A DNA stretch of 42,455 nt from a virus. The stretch is taken from IMG/VR virus record IMGVR_UViG_3300029515_000012, positions 1 through 42,455 of that record; one strand, written 5' to 3'. The translations under genes were made by a program, and so were the position numbers. The first letter of the stretch is position 1. The number at the start of each line of letters is the position of its first letter. Positions 8,435 through 16,007 of this stretch are shown here, piece after piece. Under the pieces are notes generated by a model. The model worked only from the letters and a program-made list of their open reading frames with translations. It searched no databases and was not told where the DNA came from.

Positions 8435-8449
8435 GTGCTCAATGAGCAC
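8435..8449. promoter_or_regulatory. Second copy of the palindromic operator (GTGCTCA-A-TGAGCAC)
   Basis: Shares the core GCTCA-N-TGAGC with site 8394-8406. Centres are 42 bp apart. Confidence 0.55.
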
Positions 8450-8553
8450 TTTTTTCTTTTGGCAAAATAGAGCATTTTTGTCCTTCGTTGGTCGCTCGTT
8501 GCCTCTCCCGCCGGGCGGATCTGCTACACTGGGCGCAAAGGAGGCAAGCGCCA

Positions 8554-8931
8554 ATGTGGATCAAGTTCAGCCCCAACCCCCACGGGGGCAGCGTCGGGGA
8601 TTGCGCCGTGCGTGCTGTAGCGGCTGCCACAGGGCAGAGCTGGGAGCAGGTCTACATTGGATTGGCGCTGACCGGATTTGCTCTCGGCGATATGCCCAGC
8701 GCCAACCGCACATGGGGCGCATACCTCCAAAAGCACGGATTCAAGCGTCGCCTTGTCGAGGCGGACTGCACCACCTGTTACACGGTGGCAGATTTTGCCC
8801 GGGAGTACCCGAACGGCGTGTATGTACTGGGCTGCTCCGGCCACGTTCTGGCCGTGGTCAACGGCGACTGGCTAGACAGCTGGGACAGCGGCGCAGAATG
8901 CCCGATATACTACTGGTACAAGGAGGACTAA
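8554..8931 (+). CDS. Hypothetical protein with a papain/C39-like Cys..His..Asp signature
   Basis: AGGAGG lies 9 nt upstream of ATG 8554. Motifs GDCAVRAVAAATG and GHVLAVVNGDWLDSWD. The fold assignment is an inference. Confidence 0.55.
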   Translation: MWIKFSPNPHGGSVGDCAVRAVAAATGQSWEQVYIGLALTGFALGDMPSANRTWGAYLQKHGFKRRLVEADCTTCYTVADFAREYPNGVYVLGCSGHVLAVVNGDWLDSWDSGAECPIYYWYKED

Positions 8932-8934
8932 GCA

Positions 8935-9378
8935 ATGCCGATCTATAACGGATACCCACAAGTGTATTACCCGCAACAGCCGCAGGGGCAGCTTGAACAG
9001 CTCAGGGCAGCACAGTACCAGCCCCAGCCCGTCATGATGCCGACAATGCAGGGGCAGGCCGCACCGGCTGACAGCGGTTTTATCTGGGTACAGGGTGAAG
9101 CGGCAGCTCGGGGCTATCTGGTCGCCAACGGGAGCCGGGTGCTTTTACTGGATGCCGATTCCGATACATTTTACATCAAAGAAGTGGGACAGGACGGCAG
9201 GCCGTTCCCTCTCCGCATCTACGACTACAAAGAACGCACCAGCGGCCCCAAAGCGTCGATCGCTGCCACGCAAGCCGCAGGCGGGGAGTATGTCACTCGT
9301 AAGGAGTTCGACGCGCTGGCGGCAAAGCTGGCGGCGTTGGAGAAGCAGGAAGCACCAGAGCCGGAAAAGGAGAGCTAA
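8935..9378 (+). CDS. Hypothetical protein, Pro/Gln/Tyr-rich N-terminus, Ala/Glu-rich C-terminus
   Basis: 147-aa ORF, tightly spaced after 8931. AAGGAGGA upstream. Confidence 0.6.
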   Translation: MPIYNGYPQVYYPQQPQGQLEQLRAAQYQPQPVMMPTMQGQAAPADSGFIWVQGEAAARGYLVANGSRVLLLDADSDTFYIKEVGQDGRPFPLRIYDYKERTSGPKASIAATQAAGGEYVTRKEFDALAAKLAALEKQEAPEPEKES

Positions 9379-9381
9379 ACG

Positions 9382-9606
9382 ATGAGCAGCAGCTTGTATA
9401 ACTCGATGGGCCGACAGACCCAGAACCCCATTGGCGGGCAGTTCCAGCAGTTTATGGGCCAGATGCAGGGGAAGAACCCGCAGGAGATGATAAACCAGAT
9501 GCTCACCTCCGGGCAGCTCTCACAACAGCAGCTCAACGCCATTCAGCAGCGGGCACAGCAGATCGCGCCGATGCTCAACGGCATGAAAAATATGTTTGGA
9601 TTCTAA
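9382..9606 (+). CDS. Hypothetical Gln-rich small protein (74 aa)
   Basis: AAGGAGAG upstream. Spaced 3 nt after the previous stop. Confidence 0.55.
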   Translation: MSSSLYNSMGRQTQNPIGGQFQQFMGQMQGKNPQEMINQMLTSGQLSQQQLNAIQQRAQQIAPMLNGMKNMFGF

Positions 9607-9659
9607 AATGCGGCCGCATTTAGAATAAATTTCAAAATCTAACGTAAAGGAGTAAAACT

Positions 9660-10499
9660 ATGTCTCTTTCTTCTGATAGCACGGTTCTGACCATGCCGGT
9701 ACAGCCCGCCAACGGTTACAGCAACGGCTTCAACGGCTGGGGAGGCGACTGGATGGGTTGGATCGTCCTCTTCCTGATTTTCGGCATGTTCGGATGGGGC
9801 GGCATGGGCGGCTTTGGCTGGGGCGGCGGCATGGGCGGCGCTTCGCCTTATATGACCAGCGCTGTCACACAGGCAGACCTGCAGCGCGGCTTCGACAACC
9901 AGAGCGTTATGAACAAGCTGAACGGGCTGGAAAGCGGCCTGTGTGATGGCTTCTATGCCATGAACACCGGGATGCTTCAGGGCTTCAACGGCGTGCAGCA
10001 GGGCCTGAACGGTGTCACCAACGCCATGCAGCAGGGCTTCAACAGCACCAACGTTGCGCTGATGCAGGGTCAGAATGCTCTGGCTACACAGCTGGCAGAC
10101 TGCTGCTGCAAGACCCAGACCGCGATCCAGGGCGTCAACTACAATCTGGCCACGCAGGAGTGTGACACCCGGAACCAGATGCAGCAGGGCTTCTGCGCAA
10201 CGCAGAACACCATGAACAACAACACCCGGGACATCATCGAGAATCAGAACAGCAACACCCGCGCGGTGCTCGACTTCCTGACCAATGATAAGATCGCCAC
10301 CCTGCAGAGCGAGAACAACGAGCTGCGCCGGGCTGCTTCTCAGGATCGCCAGAGCGCGTTCCTGACCACCGCGATGAACGCGCAGACCAACCAGATCATC
10401 GGGACTCTGCAGCAGAAAGCTCCCGTGCCTGCGTATCAGGTGCCCAACCCCAACGCCATTTACTATGGCTGTGGGACCGGCTGCGGCAGCTGCGCATAA
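9660..10499 (+). CDS. Hypothetical membrane protein with a Gly/Trp-rich TM segment, Gln/Asn-rich QQGFN-type repeats and a Cys-rich C-terminus
   Basis: AAAGGAG RBS. GWGGDWMGWIVLFLIFGMFGWGGMGGFGWGGG. Repeated (M/V)QQGFN. Ends YYGCGTGCGSCA. Confidence 0.65.
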   Translation: MSLSSDSTVLTMPVQPANGYSNGFNGWGGDWMGWIVLFLIFGMFGWGGMGGFGWGGGMGGASPYMTSAVTQADLQRGFDNQSVMNKLNGLESGLCDGFYAMNTGMLQGFNGVQQGLNGVTNAMQQGFNSTNVALMQGQNALATQLADCCCKTQTAIQGVNYNLATQECDTRNQMQQGFCATQNTMNNNTRDIIENQNSNTRAVLDFLTNDKIATLQSENNELRRAASQDRQSAFLTTAMNAQTNQIIGTLQQKAPVPAYQVPNPNAIYYGCGTGCGSCA

Positions 10500-10591
10500 C
10501 CGAATCACGACAGCTTTTTGAGTGGTTGTTTCCAAAATGGAAATGCCCATATCAAAATGTTCAGCCCCTGAGCTGATTTTGCAAACCAGAG

Positions 10592-10620
10592 CGCCGGGGC
10601 AGTAGTCCCGGCGTTTTTAT
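10592..10620 (+). terminator. Rho-independent terminator
   Basis: CGCCGGG-N8-CCCGGCG followed by TTTTTATT. Confidence 0.8.
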
Positions 10621-10639
10621 TATGAAAGGAGCCGATAAA

Positions 10640-11065
10640 ATGGCTGAATTTACATCTGTCGCAACCCAGACTGTGGCAGTTGGGCAGAACCTTCCCCTCA
10701 CCGAGACTGCGGCGAAAGCGCCTGCGTGCATTGTGCACCGTGCTGGCAGCGGCCTTGTGACGCTGCGCGGCCTAACAAGCGGGCAGTGCCGGGCCCGCTT
10801 CAAGGTGAGCTTTGGCGGAAATATCGCCATTCCCACCGGCGGCACCGTGGGGCCCGTTTCCGTGGCGCTGGCTGTCGGCGGTGAGGCACTCAATAGCGCG
10901 ACCGCCATTGTCACACCTGCTGCAGTCGAAAACTACTTCAACGTTTTCGTTGCTGCGTTCATCGAGGTGCCGCGAGGCTGCTGCTTGACCGTGGCGGTTA
11001 AAAACACCGGCACGCAGGCGGTCAACATTGCAAACAGCAACCTGATCGTTGAGCGGGTAGCATAA
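10640..11065 (+). CDS. Hypothetical beta-rich protein, possibly a BclA-C / C1q-like jelly-roll
   Basis: AAAGGAG lies 7 nt before ATG 10640. The alternating hydrophobic pattern and length resemble exosporium BclA C-terminal domains (weak, by eye). Confidence 0.5.
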   Translation: MAEFTSVATQTVAVGQNLPLTETAAKAPACIVHRAGSGLVTLRGLTSGQCRARFKVSFGGNIAIPTGGTVGPVSVALAVGGEALNSATAIVTPAAVENYFNVFVAAFIEVPRGCCLTVAVKNTGTQAVNIANSNLIVERVA

Positions 11066-11081
11066 GAAAGGAGATAAAGTC

Positions 11082-11483
11082 ATGCTGGATAAACTGAATC
11101 ATCTGAAGGATGAGATGTGCGACGAGCTCATGGAGCTGACCGACAAAAAGAACCGGTCCCCTGGCGATGTTGAGATGATCGGCGAGATCGTGGACATCAT
11201 TCTGGACATCCACCGCATTGCGGACTACTGCGAGGGCGGAGAGTACAGCCGAACAGGCGAGTGGGAAGCTGACATGCGCGGGACTTTCGGCCACGATGCC
11301 GGAAACGGTTACAACCGGGGAAACAGCTACGCCAACCGTGGCCGTCACTATGTGCGCGGTCACTACTCCCGCACGGATGGACGTGAGCGCATGATTTCTG
11401 ACATCGAGGACATGATGCAGGAAGCCACCGGTGCAGAGCGTGACGCCTACAAGCGGGCGGCAGACATCCTGCGCAACGCATAA
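11082..11483 (+). CDS. Hypothetical protein (133 aa), acidic helices flanking a Gly/Arg/Tyr-rich centre
   Basis: AAAGGAGA RBS. Compact spacing within the operon. Confidence 0.55.
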   Translation: MLDKLNHLKDEMCDELMELTDKKNRSPGDVEMIGEIVDIILDIHRIADYCEGGEYSRTGEWEADMRGTFGHDAGNGYNRGNSYANRGRHYVRGHYSRTDGRERMISDIEDMMQEATGAERDAYKRAADILRNA

Positions 11484-11500
11484 GAAAGGGGGCGGCAGGT

Positions 11501-11830
11501 ATGGATATTGACGAGATCAATGAGCACATCCGCAAGCTCAAGTGCGAGGAAACCAGCTGGCAGAGTGTCAACAAACTTGCCGCCCTCTGCACTGTGCGGG
11601 ACGAGTTGGAAGAAGCGCACGCGCCTGAAACGCAGATCCAGTCATTGCCGCCCGCGACTTATGCGGCGGCATACTCCACAAAAGCAAATCCGCAAAGCGA
11701 GTTCGTGGAAGCGGCCAGCGCCGCGCCCTTTGGAGGCTTGATGGAAGTGCTTGATGAGCACATGAAGGCAATAAAGCTGGTGTACCCGAAAGAGTATGAG
11801 CTAGTAATGCGAAAGATAAGCGACTTGTAA
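11501..11830 (+). CDS. Hypothetical protein (109 aa)
   Basis: GAAAGGGGG upstream. Last gene before attP. Confidence 0.55.
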   Translation: MDIDEINEHIRKLKCEETSWQSVNKLAALCTVRDELEEAHAPETQIQSLPPATYAAAYSTKANPQSEFVEAASAAPFGGLMEVLDEHMKAIKLVYPKEYELVMRKISDL

Positions 11831-11942
11831 AAAGACATAGAGTGTGCTATTTTCACATAGGCTTCAACGTTTGGGCATGGGATATATAGTCTAACGGAAA
11901 GCCAACAGATAAATAATTATTTACAGTAAAACGTAAAATAAA

Positions 11943-11992
11943 TTTGATTTGTAATCAGTGGGTTGCGGGTTCAACTCCTGTCACCAGCTCCA
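11943..11992 (+). other. attP core candidate: 3-prime half of a tRNA-Thr(UGU) gene (anticodon arm to CCA)
   Basis: Loop TT-TGT-AA. T arm GCGGG-TTCAACT-CCTGT. Acceptor 3-prime strand CACCAGC, then T and CCA. No matching 5-prime acceptor strand or D arm upstream. Lies 112 bp from the int stop. Confidence 0.7.
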
Positions 11993-11999
11993 AAAATAA

Positions 12000-12043
12000 A
12001 CGCACGAACGATAAAAACAAATCGTTCGTGCGTTTTTCTTTTT
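12000..12043. terminator. Strong terminator hairpin after the tRNA fragment
   Basis: ACGCACGAACGAT-N8-ATCGTTCGTGCGT followed by TTTTTCTTTTT. Confidence 0.85.
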
Positions 12044-12103
12044 GCTTGAAACGCCTTAAAATCTCCTGAATGAGTGTGATAATCTAACAAACAATCCAAC
12101 AAA

Positions 12104-13237
12104 TCAATACTTCATTTTTTGCATTTCCTGCAACAGATAAGCCGGGTCATTGTGGGACACGTACTTGTTGGCCGTGGTGGAGAAATTTTTGTGACCCAAG
12201 ATGGCCTGCACGGCGGTCTTTTCCAGGCCGCACTCCACCATCTTACTACTGGCCGTGTGGCGCAGCGTGTGTGGATGCACGCCCTCTATATGGCATTCCT
12301 GCATCAACGCTCGGAACTTTGTAGCCACGTTGCGCTTATCCAGCTTTGTGCCGGCCTTGGATGGAATCAGCCATTCGCATCCGCTGTCAAGCATCCAAAA
12401 GGCAATGATCTTGTAAATGGGCTCAAGGATGGGGATAATGCGGTTTTTGCCTGCCTCGGTCTTTTCGCCGCCCTGCATGTACCGCTCTTTCAGATGCACA
12501 TCCTCGCAGCGCATGGAAAGCAGCTCGTCAATGCGCATACCGGTGTACAGCAGCACCATGGCGATCTGTGCCGTTTGCCCAAGCCTTGGGTCATTCTGTC
12601 GGCTGCTGATCTGCTCGATCTCTTGGGCGGTCAGTGTGCGCTCTGCTTTTCCTGTAGCCGCCGGAAGCTGCAGCAGCATGGCATAATTTTTGTTTATGAT
12701 GTCCTGTGCCATTGCCCACTCGCAGATCTGGCTGAAAAGTGTGCGCTGCTTTTCGCAGGAGCTGCGGGAAAGCCCCTTTTCCACCATTGCGTCAATGACC
12801 TGTTGATAATCTGCCGCTTTCAAGTCCCGCAATTGTCGGTCGTATAGCGGCGCAGCCTTTGCATAGGCCAGCTCGTACCCCTTTTGCATGTCCGTGCTAA
12901 GCTTGTCAAATTTGGGCTGCGCTTTCCATTGGACATAGGCATCCGCAAAGGTGCACTTCAGAAGCGCAGCGGGGGTGTTCTGGGCGTTGTAAGCGTCCAG
13001 CGCTTGTACTGCTTCGCCTGCCGTTTCAAACGTGCCCAGAACATCCCTGCGGGCTGTGAGTGCAACATACGGTCTTGCCCGCGTCCCGCTCAGTTTATAC
13101 ACGCTGCCGCTGCCCTTTGGACGGCGTCGCTTTTTTCTTTGCTGCGGGGCGGCTTCCGGCTGTTTCTTCCCGCACCACGGACAAAAAGAAGCACCATCCG
13201 GGATCTCCTTCCGGCAACATGGCCTTACGCATTTCAT
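12104..13237 (-). CDS. int: Tyrosine integrase with N-terminal zinc ribbon
   Basis: GMRIDELL (Arg), HTLRHT (H-x-x-R), LGH and the Tyr in ANKYVSH. N-terminal CCRKEIPDGASFCPWCG. AAGGAG RBS. Confidence 0.9.
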   Translation of the reverse strand: MKCVRPCCRKEIPDGASFCPWCGKKQPEAAPQQRKKRRRPKGSGSVYKLSGTRARPYVALTARRDVLGTFETAGEAVQALDAYNAQNTPAALLKCTFADAYVQWKAQPKFDKLSTDMQKGYELAYAKAAPLYDRQLRDLKAADYQQVIDAMVEKGLSRSSCEKQRTLFSQICEWAMAQDIINKNYAMLLQLPAATGKAERTLTAQEIEQISSRQNDPRLGQTAQIAMVLLYTGMRIDELLSMRCEDVHLKERYMQGGEKTEAGKNRIIPILEPIYKIIAFWMLDSGCEWLIPSKAGTKLDKRNVATKFRALMQECHIEGVHPHTLRHTASSKMVECGLEKTAVQAILGHKNFSTTANKYVSHNDPAYLLQEMQKMKY

Positions 13238-13240
13238 AGC

Positions 13241-13828
13241 TTACTCCTTTTTTCGCCCGATGTAACTCTGCGCGCCTTTTTCCGAAGCTTCACGCCCGGC
13301 CTTGTAATTTACCTTCAAATCGTCTATGGGCGGCTGTGGGTCGTCCGGACAGGGGTCTAAGCCCATGTTCTGGGCAAAGTTGTATTGGTTGATGATAGTT
13401 CCGCACACGCTGACCCGGTTGTTGAGTGGGCAGTGCAGGTTGGCGGCTACCTCGGAGATCACAGCGGGCGGGCTGCTGCCATGGTTGCCCTTCAGCACGA
13501 AAAGAAGCAGTCGTTTCGTCAGCGGTGGCAAGTTTACCACAAAGCGGCACAGCTTTGCGTCCAGCTCTGTGTCGGTCTTTCCGTCATCGGGTGTCGCGTA
13601 CAGCTCCGGGTGGATCATCTCCATAAACACGGCGATGGGGGATGCCCCGCAGGCCGTACACCAATCCATGATCTCGTCGCTGTCCGGGCTGGTGCAGCCT
13701 TTTTCCCAGCTCTGCACTGTTCGCTCCCCTTTTTCGATGCGCCTTGCGATCTCCGCTTGACTCAGGCCAGCAGATACCCGTGCTTTTGCAAGCGCTTTTC
13801 CGATTTGGCTCGCCGTAAAATAACTCAT
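13241..13828 (-). CDS. XRE-family HTH regulator with a roughly 130-aa C-terminal domain, co-oriented and contiguous with int
   Basis: LSQAEIARRIEKGERTVQSWEKG HTH. Likely start is MSYFTASQ (GGGGG upstream) rather than the track start at 13924. Confidence 0.7.
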   Translation of the reverse strand: MSYFTASQIGKALAKARVSAGLSQAEIARRIEKGERTVQSWEKGCTSPDSDEIMDWCTACGASPIAVFMEMIHPELYATPDDGKTDTELDAKLCRFVVNLPPLTKRLLLFVLKGNHGSSPPAVISEVAANLHCPLNNRVSVCGTIINQYNFAQNMGLDPCPDDPQPPIDDLKVNYKAGREASEKGAQSYIGRKKE

Positions 13829-13866
13829 ACTTTCGCCCCCATAAAACCAACGTGTTTTTAACAGAA

Positions 13867-13893
13867 AATGGCGCAGATTTTTTCTGCGCCATT
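13867..13893. promoter_or_regulatory. Perfect 10-bp inverted repeat AATGGCGCAG-N7-CTGCGCCATT in the divergent region
   Basis: Read directly. A related half-site AACGGCGCA lies at about 13923. Confidence 0.5.
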
Positions 13894-13986
13894 CGACAAA
13901 AAATATCCGTATTTTGTTTTCCAACGGCGCATGGTAAAATCTGGATTATAAATCGTAGACGTGCACAAAAGAAAGGGGAAAACAAA

Positions 13987-14097
13987 ATGGATTTTGAGCA
14001 AAGAAACGGTAAAGGAACCGAAACGACCATCATCGACGGAATGCCCGCCAGCATCCTGACCGGCACCGAACGCACCCCTGCACCTTGGGAGGAATAA
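13987..14097 (+). CDS. Small hypothetical ORF (36 aa)
   Basis: AAAGGGGAA lies 7 nt before the ATG. Abuts the next ORF. Confidence 0.35.
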   Translation: MDFEQRNGKGTETTIIDGMPASILTGTERTPAPWEE

Positions 14098-14100
14098 GTT

Positions 14101-14313
14101 ATGAAAAAGCTGTCACACTTTCGCACCCATGCCCGTGCCCTGCTGGCCTGCTATTTGGATATGACCCCGGAGCAGCAGCGCCTTGCTCGCGCTTACATTC
14201 AAGATAAGGCCCTGCCGGAGGTGCAAGCCCTGCGTAACGCAGCCGGTACGCCCGGCGGGGCGCTGGCTGCTGACTTGCTGCAAAATTTGCAGCAGCCTTG
14301 CAACCGCGAATAG
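14101..14313 (+). CDS. Hypothetical protein (70 aa)
   Basis: GGGAGGA RBS. Confidence 0.5.
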   Translation: MKKLSHFRTHARALLACYLDMTPEQQRLARAYIQDKALPEVQALRNAAGTPGGALAADLLQNLQQPCNRE

Positions 14314-14392
14314 CAACGTGCATGTCGCGCGCATCTTGCAAATACGCATTTTTTTGTGGATTTTTTCACTAAAAACAGTGCACGAATGGGGA

Positions 14393-14421
14393 TTGACGGA
14401 AACAACCAGCGGTTTTATAAT
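14393..14421 (+). promoter_or_regulatory. Near-consensus sigma-70 promoter TTGACG-17-TATAAT firing antisense into gene 14438..15055
   Basis: Read directly: TTGACGgaaacaaccagcggtttTATAAT. No plus-strand ORF with an RBS follows. Confidence 0.6.
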
Positions 14422-14437
14422 GTGGTTGTGAACAGGC

Positions 14438-15055
14438 TTACAGGCCCAAGCGCTTACGCTGTTCCTCTTGCGATTTTCTGAAATTATCGTTGTGTGCCTC
14501 AATTTCGGCTTCAATTTGAGCGGCAATGTCTTCCCAATGGCTTGTATCGCCACCTGCTATCCGGCGGTTGATCTCCCACACGTCCAAATGGCAACAGCCA
14601 CGGCCAAGTGGAGCAACGGCTGCCTTGCAGTCGGTTACATAAGCATTGTCTTTTAGCTCTTGTTTTCCAAGCTCTGTAAGCTCGTATTTTTGCTTATCGT
14701 TCATCCGAATAAAGCCGCTAGCTTCAAGCGTTTTCAAGTGAGATCCAACGTTTTTGATGCCATACTGGTACCACCAGAGCCCCGGATAACCGTGCTTTGG
14801 ATGCGGGTACAGCTTTCCGCTTGAGCAATAGCTCAAAAGCTTGATTTCCGCAACGTAAAGGCCACGCTTTGACGGGTAAGAAATCTTTTTCCGTTCCTGA
14901 AAAGTAATGACTTTGCATGTGCCGTTTACGGCATCAAAAGACATCGACGGCGCATAGTCTTTATAATAAGACGGATCTTGATAATACTGCCGCTCTTCTG
15001 GAGGGATAGGCGGTTCTACGTCCTGATTAAAGGCAAAAGCAGTGAATAAATCCAT
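14438..15055 (-). CDS. Hypothetical cytoplasmic protein (205 aa) with a possible winged-helix segment
   Basis: Spaced 3 nt after the upstream gene. LEASGFIRMNDKQKYELTELGKQEL resembles a wHTH wing. AT-richer than the flanks. Confidence 0.65.
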   Translation of the reverse strand: MDLFTAFAFNQDVEPPIPPEERQYYQDPSYYKDYAPSMSFDAVNGTCKVITFQERKKISYPSKRGLYVAEIKLLSYCSSGKLYPHPKHGYPGLWWYQYGIKNVGSHLKTLEASGFIRMNDKQKYELTELGKQELKDNAYVTDCKAAVAPLGRGCCHLDVWEINRRIAGGDTSHWEDIAAQIEAEIEAHNDNFRKSQEEQRKRLGL

Positions 15056-15058
15056 TGC

Positions 15059-15964
15059 TTACACCTCTTTTAGCTCTTCAAGCTTCAAATCCAGATAGCT
15101 TCTTGAACGCACAGGCATTTTGTCAAAGTAAGGCTCAAAGGATGCATACCACCTTTGATTCGAGTTTGTGCGTCCGCGTTCCGTTTTAAGGGTAGAAAGC
15201 TTTTGGAGCTGCTTTATATAGGCATTGTCTATCAGGACGTTTACGGTGTCGGCAGTGGTTTCCTGACTGAGAGCTTGAGCTTTCAAAGAGGAAAGGTCAC
15301 TGGTGAATTTTATCCCTTTCTGTTGCAGTTCGAGCATGTTGTCCAACCGTTCCATAGCGAGATCGTACCTCGAAAAGAAAGTTTCCGGGTTAGTCGTTTT
15401 CTGCATGATATTCAAGGAATCTTGAAATTCATCCATGAAAATCTTGGCGTTCATCCGGTCAATTTCCGCTATTGCTTCTTCTGGGGTAGTCCTATCAACG
15501 CTTTCCATCGCAGGGGAATTAAAAGTATCTGAAGCAGCCGCGGTGTCTCCTGAATGATAAGAGCGGTATTTGGTTTTGTTATAATCGACAACGCAAATTG
15601 CTGCGACCAAAAAAGGGAAAGCGAAGAAAGCGATGAACAAAAAACAAATTTCCGAAATATCGAAAGAAGGCTTCCAGATGCTCAGTATAGGACACAAGCA
15701 AATTAAACCAATTGCAAAGCAACCAGCCCACTGTAAAAGCGTAGGCCTTGCGTCTTTCCATTTTACAGATGCTCGCTTGTACGGCGTTCTTTCCTTGTAA
15801 GTCGGTTGAACTGTAGAACCAGAAGGAACGGAAGAAATGATAGCTTTTGCAATCGCACGCTGCGTGCGTTTGCTTGGCGTGATAGTTTTCTTTACCTTCT
15901 TAAGCCAGCGCCTGTTTTCGCGGTCTCGTTGATCGTAAGCCGAAACTTTTCCGCGCCGTGACAT
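15059..15964 (-). CDS. Hypothetical membrane protein (2 TM) with a basic N-terminus and a helical C-terminal domain
   Basis: TM helices LLQWAGCFAIGLICLCPILSIW and ICFLFIAFFAFPFLVAAICVV. ATG at 15964 lies 7 nt after GAGGTG. Confidence 0.65.
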   Translation of the reverse strand: MSRRGKVSAYDQRDRENRRWLKKVKKTITPSKRTQRAIAKAIISSVPSGSTVQPTYKERTPYKRASVKWKDARPTLLQWAGCFAIGLICLCPILSIWKPSFDISEICFLFIAFFAFPFLVAAICVVDYNKTKYRSYHSGDTAAASDTFNSPAMESVDRTTPEEAIAEIDRMNAKIFMDEFQDSLNIMQKTTNPETFFSRYDLAMERLDNMLELQQKGIKFTSDLSSLKAQALSQETTADTVNVLIDNAYIKQLQKLSTLKTERGRTNSNQRWYASFEPYFDKMPVRSRSYLDLKLEELKEV

Positions 15965-16007
15965 GCCGCAACACCTCACACATATTTACTATAAGGAGGA
16001 ACCAAAA

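Noticed and set aside
13584-14553. Minus-strand ORFs 13584..14126 and 14113..14553
   Set aside because: They span the divergent regulatory region and oppose the RBS-supported plus-strand ORFs. Their composition is non-protein-like.
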